Made by a program: the position numbers and the translations under genes. From assembly GCA_951406725.2 (NCBI GenBank), contig OX597816.1:61628001-61692000 (forward strand): 64,000 nt of DNA, written 5' to 3'. The notes under the pieces are model-generated. The model searched no databases, was not told the DNA's origin, and saw nothing but the letters and a program-made list of their open reading frames with translations. The stretch's first letter is position 1. Each line of letters begins with the position of its first letter. Source of the DNA: Octopus vulgaris (taxonomy: Eukaryota). This document shows positions 13,608 to 27,253 of this stretch, piece by piece.

Positions 13608-13993
13608 GTGCACTCCGTCGGTTACGACGACGAGGGTTCCAGTTGATCCGATGACCGGAACAGCCTGCTCGTCAAATTAACGTGTAAATGGCTGAGCGCT
13701 CCACAGCCATGTGTATCCTTAATGAAGTTCTCGGAGAGATTCAGCGTGACACAGAGTGTGACAAGGCTGGCAGTTTTGAAATACAGGTACAACAGAAACA
13801 GGAAGAAAGAGTGAGAGAAAGTTGAAGTGAAAGAGTACAACAGGGGTCGCTACCACCCCTCCTGCCGGAGCCTCGTGGAACTTTAGGTGTTTTCGCTCAA
13901 TAAACACTCACAACGCCCGGTCTGGGAATCGAAACCGGAATTCCTATGACCGCGAGTTCGCTGCCCTAACCACTGGGCCATTGCGCCTCCACT
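13608..13993 (-). mobile_element. tRNA-derived SINE family C, full length
   Basis: Reverse-complement head GGAGGCGCAATGGCCCAGTGGTTAGGGC (A box) ... GGTTTCGATTCCC (B box); tail CCCTCGTCGTCGTAACCGACGGAGTG; TGCACATA on both flanks (TSD-like). Confidence 0.85.
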
Positions 13994-14499
13994 GCACATA
14001 ATGCACATAAATGAAAAAGTAAAAAATGGGACATGTTTGATTATGGTTCTGTTAGCTCAGTAAGGAGTTGTCTAGGCGCTAAAGAACGAGAACGAAAACT
14101 ACAAAAAACACAGCAAAAAAACAAAAGACAAAACAACACCTATAATCGTCGTATGACTGCTTTCTTCATTCTTTAAACACAGGGATGCATATATTGGTAT
14201 TGTATTATATATAAGTAAAACTGTAAAACCCCGTTCTCTGTACAATACAATTATATTTCTTGCTGACATGGAGGTTGCTAGATTGAAACCGTCTTAGCTC
14301 TGCAGGGCTTGAAGTTTCGTAGAAATAAATACAAGTTTTTAAATACAACTATTTGATGATCAGATGCGATTTTTTTTACTCCTAAGTAATATATACACGT
14401 AGCTCTCTGTGTATCACACTCAATGTATATACACAATTGATAGATCAGTTACTGCAGTATTCGTCCTGACATAACATCTTCTATGGATGTGATGAGTTA

Positions 14500-14805
14500 A
14501 AAACACAATAAATACGAACATTTCTCGGCAGCGATTAACGAGGGCGCCAGGGACATTTCGGCCTATTCAGGTCTTTTCAATGACGTGTATTCGCAGCCAG
14601 CCATATACTCGAATAAGAATTCGGCCCCTCCTTTATAGGAAACTGAATAAAACATTTTCACTGGTGATTCTTATTCGAGTATATCGCTGGCTGCGAATAC
14701 ACGTCATTGAAAAGACCTGAATAGGCCGAAATGCCCCTGGCGCCCTCGTTAATCGCTGCCGAGAAATGTTCGTATTTATCGTGCTTTAAAACATTTTCAC
14801 TGGTG
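14500..14805. repeat. Long inverted repeat (~113-bp arms, 46-nt spacer) with a 19-bp direct repeat
   Basis: 14508-14620 is the reverse complement of 14667-14779 with ~2 mismatches; TAAAACATTTTCACTGGTG at 14648-14666 and 14787-14805. Confidence 0.9.
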
Positions 14806-15451
14806 GTGTGAATAGCAGCAGTGTAGCATGTCTCGTATGTCTTTTTTGACGTGTAATCCTGACATTTACAGCATACTGTGAACAAGTAATATGGAACAAG
14901 TAATAGTAATGTAAGTGCTAACATATTATGGTGAGCACATTAACTTTAATTAAATAAATAAAGTCATTACTTACCTCCTAATACACGTTAACGCAGCTGT
15001 GCCTCAGTGTGTAAGATAGGTTCTCACCCCATAAAAATATTTTTGAACTTTTTTGCCTTCACCTTTTATTAATGAGAAACAGTTTGCATCGTATAATCCT
15101 TATTTCTTCACTGTAGTGGTGTACAAATTAAAAAAGTTTTAAACCATCTCAGGTTATTAAACAAAGCGCTTCGTCCACCCTCTTCTCAATTTTTACCCCC
15201 ATCCCCACCGCTTAGAGACTAGCACTGTGTGATTGCATACAAATAACACCTATTAAATACAGTTAGCAAGAATGGTAGATTGGCAGAAACATGAAAGGAC
15301 GAAATATGTTGCAGTATTTCTTTCAGATGTTAAAGTTCTGAATTCAATTCCGACAGATCAGCTTTGCCTTTCATACCACCAGAATCCAGTGTATGACTGG
15401 AGTCATGTAGTCGAGTTGATGGTATCGACTAATCTCTTCAACTTTATCTCT

Positions 15452-15992
15452 ACCTAAATGTGGATGTTCTGTTAGAACAAAGTATACTGCAGTAGATACC
15501 AGATACCATGAGAGAAACTCATATAGGCTTTTGGTGCAGAATGCACGCCTCTTTGTTTATATCACCAGCAGGGAGATAAATCCCCCAACTCCAGCGCCGA
15601 GTCCACCAGATCACGTGATTTCGATCTTCCTTACTCTCACTGGTGATGGAAGCTCGACTGCTAGAGATAATACCTCTGGGTATATATATATTTTAACACG
15701 CTAACTGGCTAATAGCGACTCCGCTACCTGTTCAGGCATGGATTTTCTGTATATCTCTTGCGAGGTGACGAGTCGCTGTTACCTCTAGGGTCGAGCGTCC
15801 ATCACCAATGAGATCAAAGAAGATCGAAATCACGTACTCTGGTGGTCTCGGAGCTGGCGTCGGTGGGGATTTATCTCCCCGCTGGCTGTATAAACAAACG
15901 AGCATGCATTCTGCACCAACAGCCTATATGAGAGCTTCTCTTATGTTGTCTACTGCGGTAAAGTTTGTTCTAATGAAGCACCCACGTTTAAG
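15452..15992. mobile_element. Palindromic foldback/MITE with ~220-bp diverged arms
   Basis: e.g. CTCATATAGGCTTTTGGTGCAGAATGCA vs TGCATTCTGCACCAACAGCCTATATGAG; GTGATTTCGATCTTC vs GAAGATCGAAATCAC. Confidence 0.8.
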
Positions 15993-16044
15993 CAGTAAGA
16001 AATATCACCTCTAAAATACTGCCAAGCTTCGTGAGTTATCAATG

Positions 16045-16470
16045 GAAGCACTATGTGGTCATTCGACTTGCTAAAAATAACTACAAAATCCATTAAATCC
16101 CACCCATCTCCCTTAAAAGTAGAGTGCATTTGGTGGTTTAGTCCTAGATATCAGAAAATAGAATAAATCCCGGATAAATGACCAAAGCTGGAATACATTT
16201 AATCAGAGAACACCTTAATTAACATTGACTTGGAAGAGAAATAACAACAACAATATTAGCAACGAGGGAGCCTATACAAGTGTATTCACCATGTTAAAAA
16301 TAACAGTCAAGTTTCCATAAAATCAGAATGTACCTCCTTAGAAAAGTCTCATCTAATAATGTAGTCAGGAATAGACAATGCTTAAATAAGAGGAATTGGC
16401 CGTAGCAAGAGCGATTTCGATTCTAAGTCTGCCCGATCAGGGCTTATCTCGGATAAACGAAAACAACATT
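16045..16470 (+). repeat. Two tandem copies of an old ~200-bp interspersed repeat with a (CAA)n tail
   Basis: Motifs ...TGCTAGAAATAGCAGCCAAA...TGTAGTCCTAG...TGACCTGGGGCTA AACAACAAC; related copies near 5.1, 6.4, 10.6-10.9, 11.2, 17.2, 27.6 and 41.8-42.9 kb. Confidence 0.55.
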
Positions 16471-19356
16471 TAAGTTTACTCATAAATCAAAGCACGAAAT
16501 AAATCTTATAACTGTAGGCGAGTTAGAAAAAAAAAAACAATAAAACAAATTCGTCCTTGAAGGAATGGTTATATTTACCATCATGAGCCTCACAAAAAGT
16601 TGAAATGTCATTTCGGGCGAGAAAATGACTTTTCTCTGCAGTTTTTTCCTCATCTGTCTTGTCCTACCAAAATTTGTAAGAACCTTCATACCGTAACTCA
16701 TGTATTTATTTTTCATTTTGACACCGAATTACCATTTCCTGTTCATTATATTCCTCTAAGAAATATATGACCTTGTAGTTAACGATAAACAACTACGGAA
16801 CGAAATCTGATGCTGCACACTTTTTCCGTGTGTGTAACCTTAAGACATCCCAGTCATACGGTTGAATCCCTAGAAAGATCTTTATCGAGTTTCAGTATAT
16901 CTTCATGATATTTGGCGTGTGATGTTGTAGGAAAGCTAGAATGCAATAAAACCGGGCAAAAATATATTAATTTATTAGAAGCCTTTCCACCACAACACTG
17001 TCTATAGACAATGGAAGTCATAAATATGTAAGGATAATGGAAATTATACCGGAACATTCATACCGTGAAGAAAGTTGCGTGACCAGGACGTATTAATATA
17101 AAAAATGAGTAAGGTAATATTTCACCGAATATTCTACTTAAGGTAAACTTACATTTCTTATGAGTTCGATGGGAGAGCATCTACGTGGTCGTCTGGCCTG
17201 CAAAAATAGCAGCCAAACAATCACTCTCACATGGCATCGTATTTTATAAAGGAAAGAACAAACTTAGATAGTGTAGTCCTGAAAGGCAGGATGATCATAG
17301 CTGTTTTCTCTTTGATCCCATGTGCGTTCGATCATGAATGACCTGGGGCTAGATGACAACATTAACAACAAAAACAATAGCAACTCAAAGTTCATGTCCG
17401 ACAAATGAAGTCTTGTATGGGATGTCGCTTAGTGCAGTCCAGTATAGTTGTGTACAGCAACAGCATGGTCTCTGTACTATTGTTAGTCTTTGATTCTTGT
17501 AAAAGAAAACCAGCTGATTAGAGTTGTAGAATTTTCTAGTCATAAAGAAGAAATCTGGACTTTTGGATACAGTTTATGCTATGTTACGCATGCGGGATTG
17601 CTCTGTAAGATCATCGTAGATTGTGAAGCCTAACATACTTTTTAGTAACATTAAAGATCTTAATTGTGTGTTTTTGGAGATTAAATAGACGAGACACGCC
17701 ATTATTTCGTTGATATGAACAGAGATTATGTTCCTCTTTAATGTTGCAAGAAAAAAAAAAATGAAAAAGAATAAGTCATAGCTGAATTCGGTGGATTCGT
17801 TTGTTTTTCTTTTTTGCAGGGGCGATTATTTATGGGGTCTGAGTAAGGTTATCGTCCAGATTGTTCATTGATGGCGCCTGTGGAATTCGAATGATAAAAT
17901 AATCTTTAAAATCTCTGAAATTCATTAAAGAAAAAATGCGACCAACAGTCATCAACTAGACTTTTTAACCAGGAAATATTTTCATACGATTTCCAATCGA
18001 GAAAGGCTAGGAAATATCAACATTATTTTTGAAATAAGCACCAAACTGGCGATAATCACTGTTGTATCCATACCAGCAGTGTGTTGTCAAGGCTCGTATT
18101 CATATCACACATAGATTTACGAGTGCAGATACTACAGTTAAAGTTCCTTTTTTTTTCTTTCATAACGATAACCTATAAAATAAATTTTAAGACATAAAAT
18201 CGATATTGAAACCAAATAAATGCAAATATATAACTACCGAGTGCAAAGAACCTACTGAATATGTATATCGTTGAACTTGGATACGATTGAGGCAAGATTG
18301 TAGTAAATTTTGCAATACCACTTTGCAACCTTATGAAACTTTAAAGTTTATATGGAAATGAAATAAGAAAATAAAGCGTTAAACTAATATCAATATATTT
18401 CAAATTAGTTTTGAGAGAAATCTAGGAAGATAAGTAAATTTATTCATTTGGAGTTTATTTTTCTTTTAATGTCTACAAATTTGATTCCAAGTCTGGGAAT
18501 ATTGCAACACTTCACACATAAACTTATGTCAAAACATTCATAAATTTTTCTTGATGTCGCTGCTACTGTTGTTGCTGTTATTGTTTCGCCTCAATGGACA
18601 GTACCCAGTGATAATTTGACTTTAGTAATTTTTGTTATATGTTGATGTAAGACTTTTATCATATGTGTATACTCCTCTCTGGTGTATGTCAGACTGTAAA
18701 CTCGTCTTTTATGCGTATGTTATTATGCAAGACTTGCTGTTACCAGGCTTTTCGTGTTGTAATAAATTATTTTTAGTGCTCTATATGTTTGTAACAGTGA
18801 ATGCTCGTGGCTTAATGGTTAGGGTTTTGAGGGCATGAGCATGAGTTCGTGTGTTCGATTTCTGGAGCTGTGTCCTTGACCAAGACGTTTCATTTTATGT
18901 TGCTCCAATCTACACAGCCTAGAGTTGGTGCACTGTTTTATACTTCCATCGATTATATCCTAGGTATTTCGCGGATCAAGGAGGGTGATTGCCAAGAAAA
19001 TATCTATGTCTGCTCACGACTACATAGATCCCTAAAGCAATCAGTGAAATCATAATGCATGCTACAAACTCATGTTCACTTGCAAGTGACGGCTATAGTT
19101 TTATATGCTTGAAATGAAAATTTGTAAATGAGTGTTGTTGTTGTTTTTGTTTTTGTTTAACCTTAAGTTTGGTCTAACTATATGACGAAAGACATACCTA
19201 AAAATAGATGGTTATAATAACAAAAATAATCACAGACAGATATATTGATATACAAATGGATAGATAGAACGATGGACAGACGGTGTAAAACAGAGAGCGA
19301 TAGATATGCTTTGAGATTGATCTGTGCTGTATGTGTGTACATACATGTATATATAG

Positions 19357-19850
19357 AGACTGTGAAAGACTGAAGAAGCTAAATATGAACAAAAGTGATT
19401 GGGAAAATGATGTTCTAGATCGGAACAAGTGGAGAGATGCTGTTAGGACTGGTTGCAATGTCTGGGAGGAAAAGATGATTCAGCACTCTGAACTTAAAAG
19501 GACCTGTCACAAAGGAACATTTGGAACTGTAATCAACACTGACCATTGGATATGCATTATGTGACCGTGTTCTGTTGTCAAAAGCAGGTTACGTGAATCA
19601 TATGAAGTCACATGAAAATCGTAATGCTCAGGTAAGTACTGATCTTGGACACCAATCGCCTCTTACAACTTATGCCATATGTCAAAAAACTTGTAAGACA
19701 ATATCACAATATCTGGACTTAAAAGACATATGCTAGTTCACAAAAACATTCCTTCAGAATCAGATTCCAAAGGGCAAAGATATACAAGAAACTGAATATC
19801 TGTCACTTGTGTTTTAAACCCTGTCAGTAAGCAGCTGGTCTTAAAAGTCA
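19357..19850 (+). pseudogene. RTE-clade LINE 3' fragment with C-terminal C2H2 zinc fingers
   Basis: LKKLNMNKSDWENDVLDRNKWRDAVRTG (RTE C-terminal signature), then WICIM*DRVLLSKAGYVNHMKSH, ICQKTCK..SGLKRHMLVH and ICHLC..AGLKSH, with stops and frameshifts. Confidence 0.75.
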
Positions 19851-21554
19851 TTGTGTGACTGTGTTGTGTGATGGTGTGTGGTTTGTGTGTTAATTGTAAT
19901 ACTCTTCATACCTAAGTATCTTAGAAACATATTTCACACTAGATCCAAATTACCATGATATTGGATTTATGATGAAGTCGAATCTATATAACAGAGAAAG
20001 TACGAAACCGAAATAATTATAAGTTAATTCGCATTATAATACACACATTAATGGAATAGTTACACGAATTAAAACAAATTATTACTAAATTATTTTTGAT
20101 TGATTAGTTGTAAATTTATAAAAATTATCATTCATAGATTGGATTATTGAGTAAAGATGACATTAGCATTTGTACACAATTGTTTTAAAACTGAGTATAC
20201 GATAATTTAACTTAATTTTAATATAACTTACTTTCGATGAACTAAACAAATTTTCTGTGATAAAAGAATTTCACAGAATGTACAACATATAGTGATTCCA
20301 GTATTTTTGAGCAACAATGCTAGCCCCATACTTTTAAGGTTTATTATGATATTCTGTAACCCATTTGAGCGAGCGCGTTTTTGAATTCTAGCTTCGTACT
20401 TTTTAAGGCAACGCTTGTAGTATGTTATACATGTACCGTAATTCTCCGAATGGCATGGAAGCCTCTAATAAACTGACACCTAAACACTGACCAATTGGAA
20501 TAGTGTGACTGCTACAATATTAAAAAAATGTACGATAAAATTTATAATAATTGTCGTATTTGTTTATTATCATACAGCGGCTCTATAAATAAATATATCT
20601 TAAAAAGTATTAATAATATTAATTTTTAGAAAATCCTTAGCAAAGTCTAAAATGACATACCATGCAACGAAGAGAAGGCGAAAATAAGTAAGACAAAATT
20701 CTCGAAGACAGCTGCATGCCAAACTATCGCTCATGGGTTGATGATGATTGAAAATTAACCAATAAAACGCGATCACCACGCAAACGGCACGGCTCCCTGA
20801 CACTTTCATTCGCAACCTAAGACTACACACAGTAGACTCGATTATAACATTCTGTTGTTGGTCACTGCGTACTGACAGATAGGTAAGTTGTATTTTTCAA
20901 ATAGGAGAAACAGAATTCAATCCACAAAGCCTAGTATAAACAATAATTTTTATACTTGAAATATTACAAGAGGTAATTCCAGGACTAACAATGTAGGGCC
21001 ACGGTTTGATAGGTTCCCTAACCAAAACTTGGCCCTTAATATTTCTTGCGTGTGGTTTAGTGGTTAAGGTATAGCAATTATGATCGCAAGTTTGTGGTTT
21101 CGATTCCTAGACCGGATGATACGTTGTGTTCTTGAGCAAAACACTTCGTTTTATGTAGCAGAAGTTCACAAAGCTGGCAAAAATGTGTAATACTGCGACG
21201 AAATGTGTCTCGTCTAGGGATTAATATATACGCAACAGAATCTGAGGAAACGGATTATGCGCATATATATATAAAGGGATCTAAGGTTCTTCGTGGACGA
21301 GAAATGAGGGTTCAGCAAAATAAAGCCGTAATCATGTTCTCTGGATATGCATACGTCCCTTGAGGCCTACTGGTGCCTTGTAAAGCTTCTGGTAAATGGA
21401 ACAAGTTGAGGAATCAGTTTGCTCGAGTTCTTCTGGATCATTTACTTCGTAATTTCTTGAGTGGACGGCAAGGTCTGCTTTGCTCTGTGCCACAAAACCA
21501 CAATGTCAAGTAAGGATTTCATATAGACGAGCGGTGTTTTGCCATCATGTCTTC

Positions 21555-21628
<74 letters not shown>

Positions 21629-21987
21629 AAAGATGAGATTAAGAGATTCTCAATATAGAAAACACTTCTAGCGCTTAAATGATTTGAACTTATTCTCCGA
21701 AAACTTTACCGAGGACCAAATTTGCGGAGTAAAAGCCAGATTTTTAACTTTTCACCCCGACGACGGAGGTCAGATTTAGCCAATGTTTATTTGCTTCCAT
21801 TACTGGCTGCATATTCTAGTGAAGTACATCTGCCAACATGTAACTCCGAGACCCCACCCCAGAAACAGCTGTCGGACTTGTAACACCGTACCTTCTCCTC
21901 TTTCATTTTCTCCGTCTTTGTACTCTGTGTAAATTTGTTCAGTTAATATATGAATATCTATTTTCAGTCTTTGCTTTCTCTTTATTC

Positions 21988-22058
21988 ACCCCCCACGCCC
22001 CCCACACGCCCCCCCCCACACGCCCCCCCCCACACGCCCCCCCACACGCCCCCCCACA
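21988..22058 (-). repeat. C-rich minisatellite (C6-9ACACG)n; G-quadruplex potential on the minus strand
   Basis: Six C-runs separated by ACG/ACACG. Confidence 0.75.
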
Positions 22059-22162
22059 TGCATATCTATTTTCTATATTAAACGCAAGTAGTTTTATTCA
22101 TTTACTTGCATCATTACCTGTCTGTTTATCAATCTATCTGTCCCTCTCTCTGTTTCAGTGTA

Positions 22163-22217
<55 letters not shown>

Positions 22218-23318
22218 GAGTATGTGTGTGTATGTGTGTGTGTGCGTGCGTGTATGCATGTATGCATGTATGTATGCATGTATGTATGTATGTATGTATG
22301 TACGTATGTATGTATGTATGTAATTAGGTAGGATATATGTACCAGCCGACTTTGTATCAAAGAGGAGTTGGAAATTATATTAACTAGCATTTATCGCCCT
22401 ACTTAATAACCCTAAAGAGGTAGATTTTTTTCGCACTCACAGGAAGTCTCGGACCTTCTGACAATCTTGGGTGGCACTTAACTGTAACTGCAACGTGATA
22501 GCTTAGTCTTCTGCTCTTTCCCAACGTGCTACGATTGTATCTTTGCCAAAAGGTTCTCGTATTGTTGCACAAACAGAATGAAAGTTATACAATATCCTAC
22601 ATCGGAATAACACTTTTATCTCGTTCCTGCATTTACGCTTTCCTCAGCCGATCCACAGTATGTGTTCCCTTACAGTGTATTGCCATATTGTGGTTGTTTG
22701 TTACTAGCTATTTCTCTTGATACTAGATTGTCTAGAATCTGTTTCTTCTCTGTTTCCTCCGTATCATATTTGTGCATATGTTCTTATGTGAGTGTGTGTG
22801 AGTACATATATGTTCACCACAGCGTGTATGGGGGGGGGAGGGCATAGTCCTGATATCCCTCTTTCCCCCACGTCATCTATCTTCTGTCTTATGCATTCTT
22901 ACTCTCTCACTTCCTTCACCATCGATTCTGCTATAATAACTTGACGGTTCTTATTTACATGCTGGTCTGTACAAGTCTCCAATTTTGCTATATTTTCGCT
23001 AATAATACTGACAAAATGTGTTGACACCATTGTGTTATGTAATAGGTCAAAACGGCTGACCGAAACACATGTACATTATATAAAATATAAAATTTCCGGT
23101 TATATTTACTTTGTTCTTTTTCCGTATGATGACCTGGAATCTGTACATTAACCTATCTGGAGTTATGATGTTTATTGCCAAATGACGGAGAACATTAGAT
23201 TGGAGTGCCGGAAACTTTTGGTAGCGTGTCGTGCATTCTGCCGTACTTTTAAAGTGTGTATACATATATTATATATATATGTACATATGTATGCATGTAT
23301 GTATATTTATACATATAT

Positions 23319-23373
<55 letters not shown>

Positions 23374-23562
23374 GTAAACAGCTTAAAGATCCATCTGAGG
23401 TAGAATCAACAAAAATTTACTCCATCTAGTGAAATATAAATATCAAGCTATGGTTTAATAATTGACATGAATCCCATCACTATTACACAAAGATGATAAG
23501 ACATGAATAGACATGAAACTCATAGGTTCAACTTCTCCGCTCTTTCTTTTAAGTTCTTATCT

Positions 23563-23645
23563 TTTCTGCACTGATGAGTACTTTGATACTTGCAAATTCT
23601 GAAAATGACTTTATATCTATGTACGAAACGATCGTACGCAAGAAT
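23563..23645 (+). ncRNA. Type I hammerhead ribozyme motif
   Basis: CTGATGA-GTAC[long loop]GTAC-GAAAC-GATC-GTA with an imperfect stem I (TTCTGC / GCAAGAA). Confidence 0.7.
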
Positions 23646-23876
23646 AAACTTCTTACAACTTTTTAACAACTTATCTTCTTCATTTATATTAAATCAAATA
23701 ATATTATTCGATTTATAGACCTTCGTTCTATAACTCAGTCATACACTTTATATATATCATCATTCATTATACTTTAGGAAGAATAATATATATATATATA
23801 CACACACAATATATAGATATACATATGCATATACATATATATATATATATATACAGAGAGATAGATAATAGAGAGG

Positions 23877-23951
<75 letters not shown>

Positions 23952-24768
23952 TGAAGGTATATAATTTCAAAACTAGAAACCACACGCAATGCAGTTCCAC
24001 AGATGTAAGGCTCAAATATTTAGAAATATCAAAGCAAACAAATACAAGCTGTTATTTTTGTAAGTTAATACAGTGAGTTAATACATAAATTTTCTATTTA
24101 GCATGAAATTCAAAGTTAAGCTACATTGCCAAGACTCTAATATGCATGCACGTTCATACATATGTGTATGTATATGTATGTATGTACGTATTTTTGTTTG
24201 TATGTTTGTGTATATATATATATAATATACACACAAACATACGTAAGTTTAAATTAGACTATTTCCAGTGATTTGTGAGTGTTCACGAATGATTTATTCC
24301 TGTTTAAATTTTTCATTAAAAGCAGGCATTGAATGTTGTCACATAACAAATGGATTGCCTACAAATATCTCACACTATAGATGGGTACACGTGATCAATA
24401 TTTTTTCTAATGGAAGACCTTCAAATTATATGCTTTACTTCAATTCCATTAACCCAAATGACTATTGTTACAGACACTATAATACTAGATATACATGAGC
24501 ATACGTACAAATGTGTGTGTGTGTGTGTATATATATATATAACATCATGTACACTATCATGTAAACATATACATATACATATATACATATATACATATAC
24601 ATACATATATATATATGTATGTATGTATGCATTTGCTACGCAGTGTTATATATAACACATGAAATCTCTTAACTAGAAAAACTTGGAATAACCAAAACAC
24701 GTACATCATTCAAAATGCAAAATTTTACAAAAATGCATTAAGATTGAATGTGCGAATACTGTACGTGC

Positions 24769-24869
<101 letters not shown>

Positions 24870-25224
24870 CTTTTACCTTTTTTTTCAGCCATTGAACTGC
24901 GATTATGTTGGGGCAGTGCCTTGCAGAGTATTTTGTGCCAATACTTGTTTCTGAGTCTGGTACTTATTCTATTATTGGTCTGCTTTGCCGAACTGTAAAG
25001 TTAAGGGGAGGTAAACTACCCGACACCGGTTGTTAAGTGGTGGCGGGGGGACCAAACATAAATACGAAGACAAACAAACATATTACATATTCACTGAAAT
25101 TTCGTATCCGAGATGTCAGATGTAAATAAACAATGAGATCGAAGTTTTAAAAAGAGTAATGGGAATATATGCCATATTTCGTTCAGTTTTGTGTCATATT
25201 TGGGAAGTTTTGAATATATTTTGT

Positions 25225-25657
25225 TACGCCTAAAATACTGCCGACTCACAAACTAACACCCCCCCACACCCCTTGTGTATGTGTGTTCGATTTTATTTAT
25301 ATATCTCGAGCTGCTTCTAATTTCTATTTGAATTTTTCCCGTGTCATGGAACGTTGGGACATTCCAGCAGATGGTTTCTAAGCCGTTTATCATATAGTCA
25401 TAGTCAGCGATATGGCTGGCAGCAGGCCTTGTTCGGTACGCGGCGTTCAAAAGTCGCAGCAGTGACGAAACATCGATGTCTGTCGCTCTGAGAAAGGGAC
25501 CTGATATGAGTTGTCTCGCATGCCTATGACTTACTTTCAGGCTGCATTTTAACACCAGGTGTATTTGGAATTTATTCTCTTACGCCTAAAATGCAGCCAG
25601 GCCACGAACTAATACCACACACACTTTGTGTATGTGTGTTCTATTTCTATATATATT
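25225..25657 (+). mobile_element. ~430-bp element with ~75-bp terminal direct repeats and an internal hammerhead-like motif (PLE pLTR or retrozyme-like)
   Basis: TACGCCTAAAAT...TGTGTATGTGTGTTC at 25225-25303 and 25581-25657; HHR-like motif at 25440-25486; inverted partial copy at 26461-26643. Confidence 0.65.
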
Positions 25658-25849
25658 GTACGAGCAAAACGCCACCCCCTTCCAATGGAAGGTGCTGAGT
25701 TGTCAAACATTTACAACAAATTTTCTCAAAACAAATTGCCCGACCGTCCTATAGGCCTCCCTTTTGAGAAACACTGATTTAACCTAAATTTGAGACACCA
25801 GCAAAAGAAGAAATAAAGATATAATTTTTTCTATTCCAAAGAAAAACTA

Positions 25850-26211
25850 TTTTATTCACACAAATATGCAACGGAAGAGTTTAAAGTACCAGTAATGATA
25901 AGACTGTTGACTGGGAGAACACAATCATAGTTTAAATAGTAAACTTGGCAGGAAAGAAACGAGCCTTAAAGCAGTACAAAAATAACAAAACTGGAAGGTG
26001 CAGTTACGTACAGGTTGACGGAAGAAAAGCAGGACAAAAACGGCTTTATCGATCGCATTCTCACTTGGGATCGAATTTTGTAATTTTTTCAAGACTTATA
26101 CACGCCCTGATACAGTCGATATCTACATATCAAATTTGAGCGCAATCGGATGGAGGATGCCCGAGATCCGAGAAGACATACAGACAGACAGAACGTATTT
26201 TATATAAGAGA
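25850..26211 (-). mobile_element. Helitron/DINE-like non-autonomous element, 5' part
   Basis: Reverse complement begins TCTTATATAAAA..CTGTCTGTCTG..CCGATTGCGCTCAAATTTG; 3' end not identified. Confidence 0.4.
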
Positions 26212-26460
26212 TGTACATATATTTACATACATTCAAAGTTATGCAGATATATGCACATACATACGAACATAATGCATGTATATATTATCTATGTATATAT
26301 GCATGTATGATTGTATGTACACTCACATAAACACACGTACTCAGTTTATGACTGAGGTTTTATTTATCGTCCCAAGGGAGAGAAAAGTAAAGCTGGCCCC
26401 AGAAGGATTTGAACGCAAAGAACTGGAACAAATAATGCAAAGTATTTTATCGGACCTGTG

Positions 26461-26643
26461 TTGTTAGTTCGTGGGCCGGCTGCATTTTAGGCGTAAGAGA
26501 ATAAATTTCCAATACGCCTGGTGTTAAAAGCACATGAAAGTAAGTCATAGGTATGTGAGACAACTCATATCAGGTCTCTTTCTCAGAGCGACAGACATCG
26601 ATGTTTCGCCATTGTTGGGACTTTTGAACGCCGCGTGCCAACG
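26461..26643 (-). repeat. Inverted copy of 25430-25612
   Basis: GGCTGCATTTTAGGCGTAAGAGAATAAAT...GCGACAGACATCGATGTTTCG is the reverse complement of the left copy. Confidence 0.85.
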
Positions 26644-26683
26644 ACTTCGATTCAGAAGTATCCGACGCCGTTACAGCAACGTT

Positions 26684-26731
<48 letters not shown>

Positions 26732-27212
26732 AAACGGCTCTCTGGTACCCCAGTTCCTACTAGATGCTCCCGCAACGTCTTCAGTCTCAACACTTCTAGT
26801 TTCTGCAGTAAGCATTTCGAAAATAAAAGGATACTGAAGACTTCAGAGAGAAGATCCTTGAAGGACCAAGCACACGATGCACGAGAGTTCTAAGGAAAAC
26901 GTTGCCTAAGCAGGTTTTGCTTCAGTTAGCCAACAGCTTCTGCATCTCTCACTCCACTCTACAGATGCGGTAACCACTTGGCAAAAACATTTGTTAAAAT
27001 CGTCATCTGTGTGTTATGTGCATGGATTTCTCAATTGGCTCTCTCTTTTTCAGATCCAGTCGTGTGAGTCAAGAAGGAGATTTCTCCACTCACACGAATG
27101 CAAATGTCCCCAGTGCACTACCAATTGCAGTAAATAGATTAGATAGCGAACATGATTCGCAAAGCGCGTGCACTCACTCACTCACACACACACACACACG
27201 CACGCGCACACA

Positions 27213-27253
<41 letters not shown>

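Noticed and set aside
16585-17510. Possible minus-strand exons (e.g. EMVIRCQNEK*IHELRYEGSYKFW*DK)
   Set aside because: In-frame stops, weak splice signals and no recognisable domain.
26775-26870. CTGAAGA motifs suggesting further hammerheads (also ~14263-14295)
   Set aside because: No properly placed GAAA, stem III or cleavage triplet.
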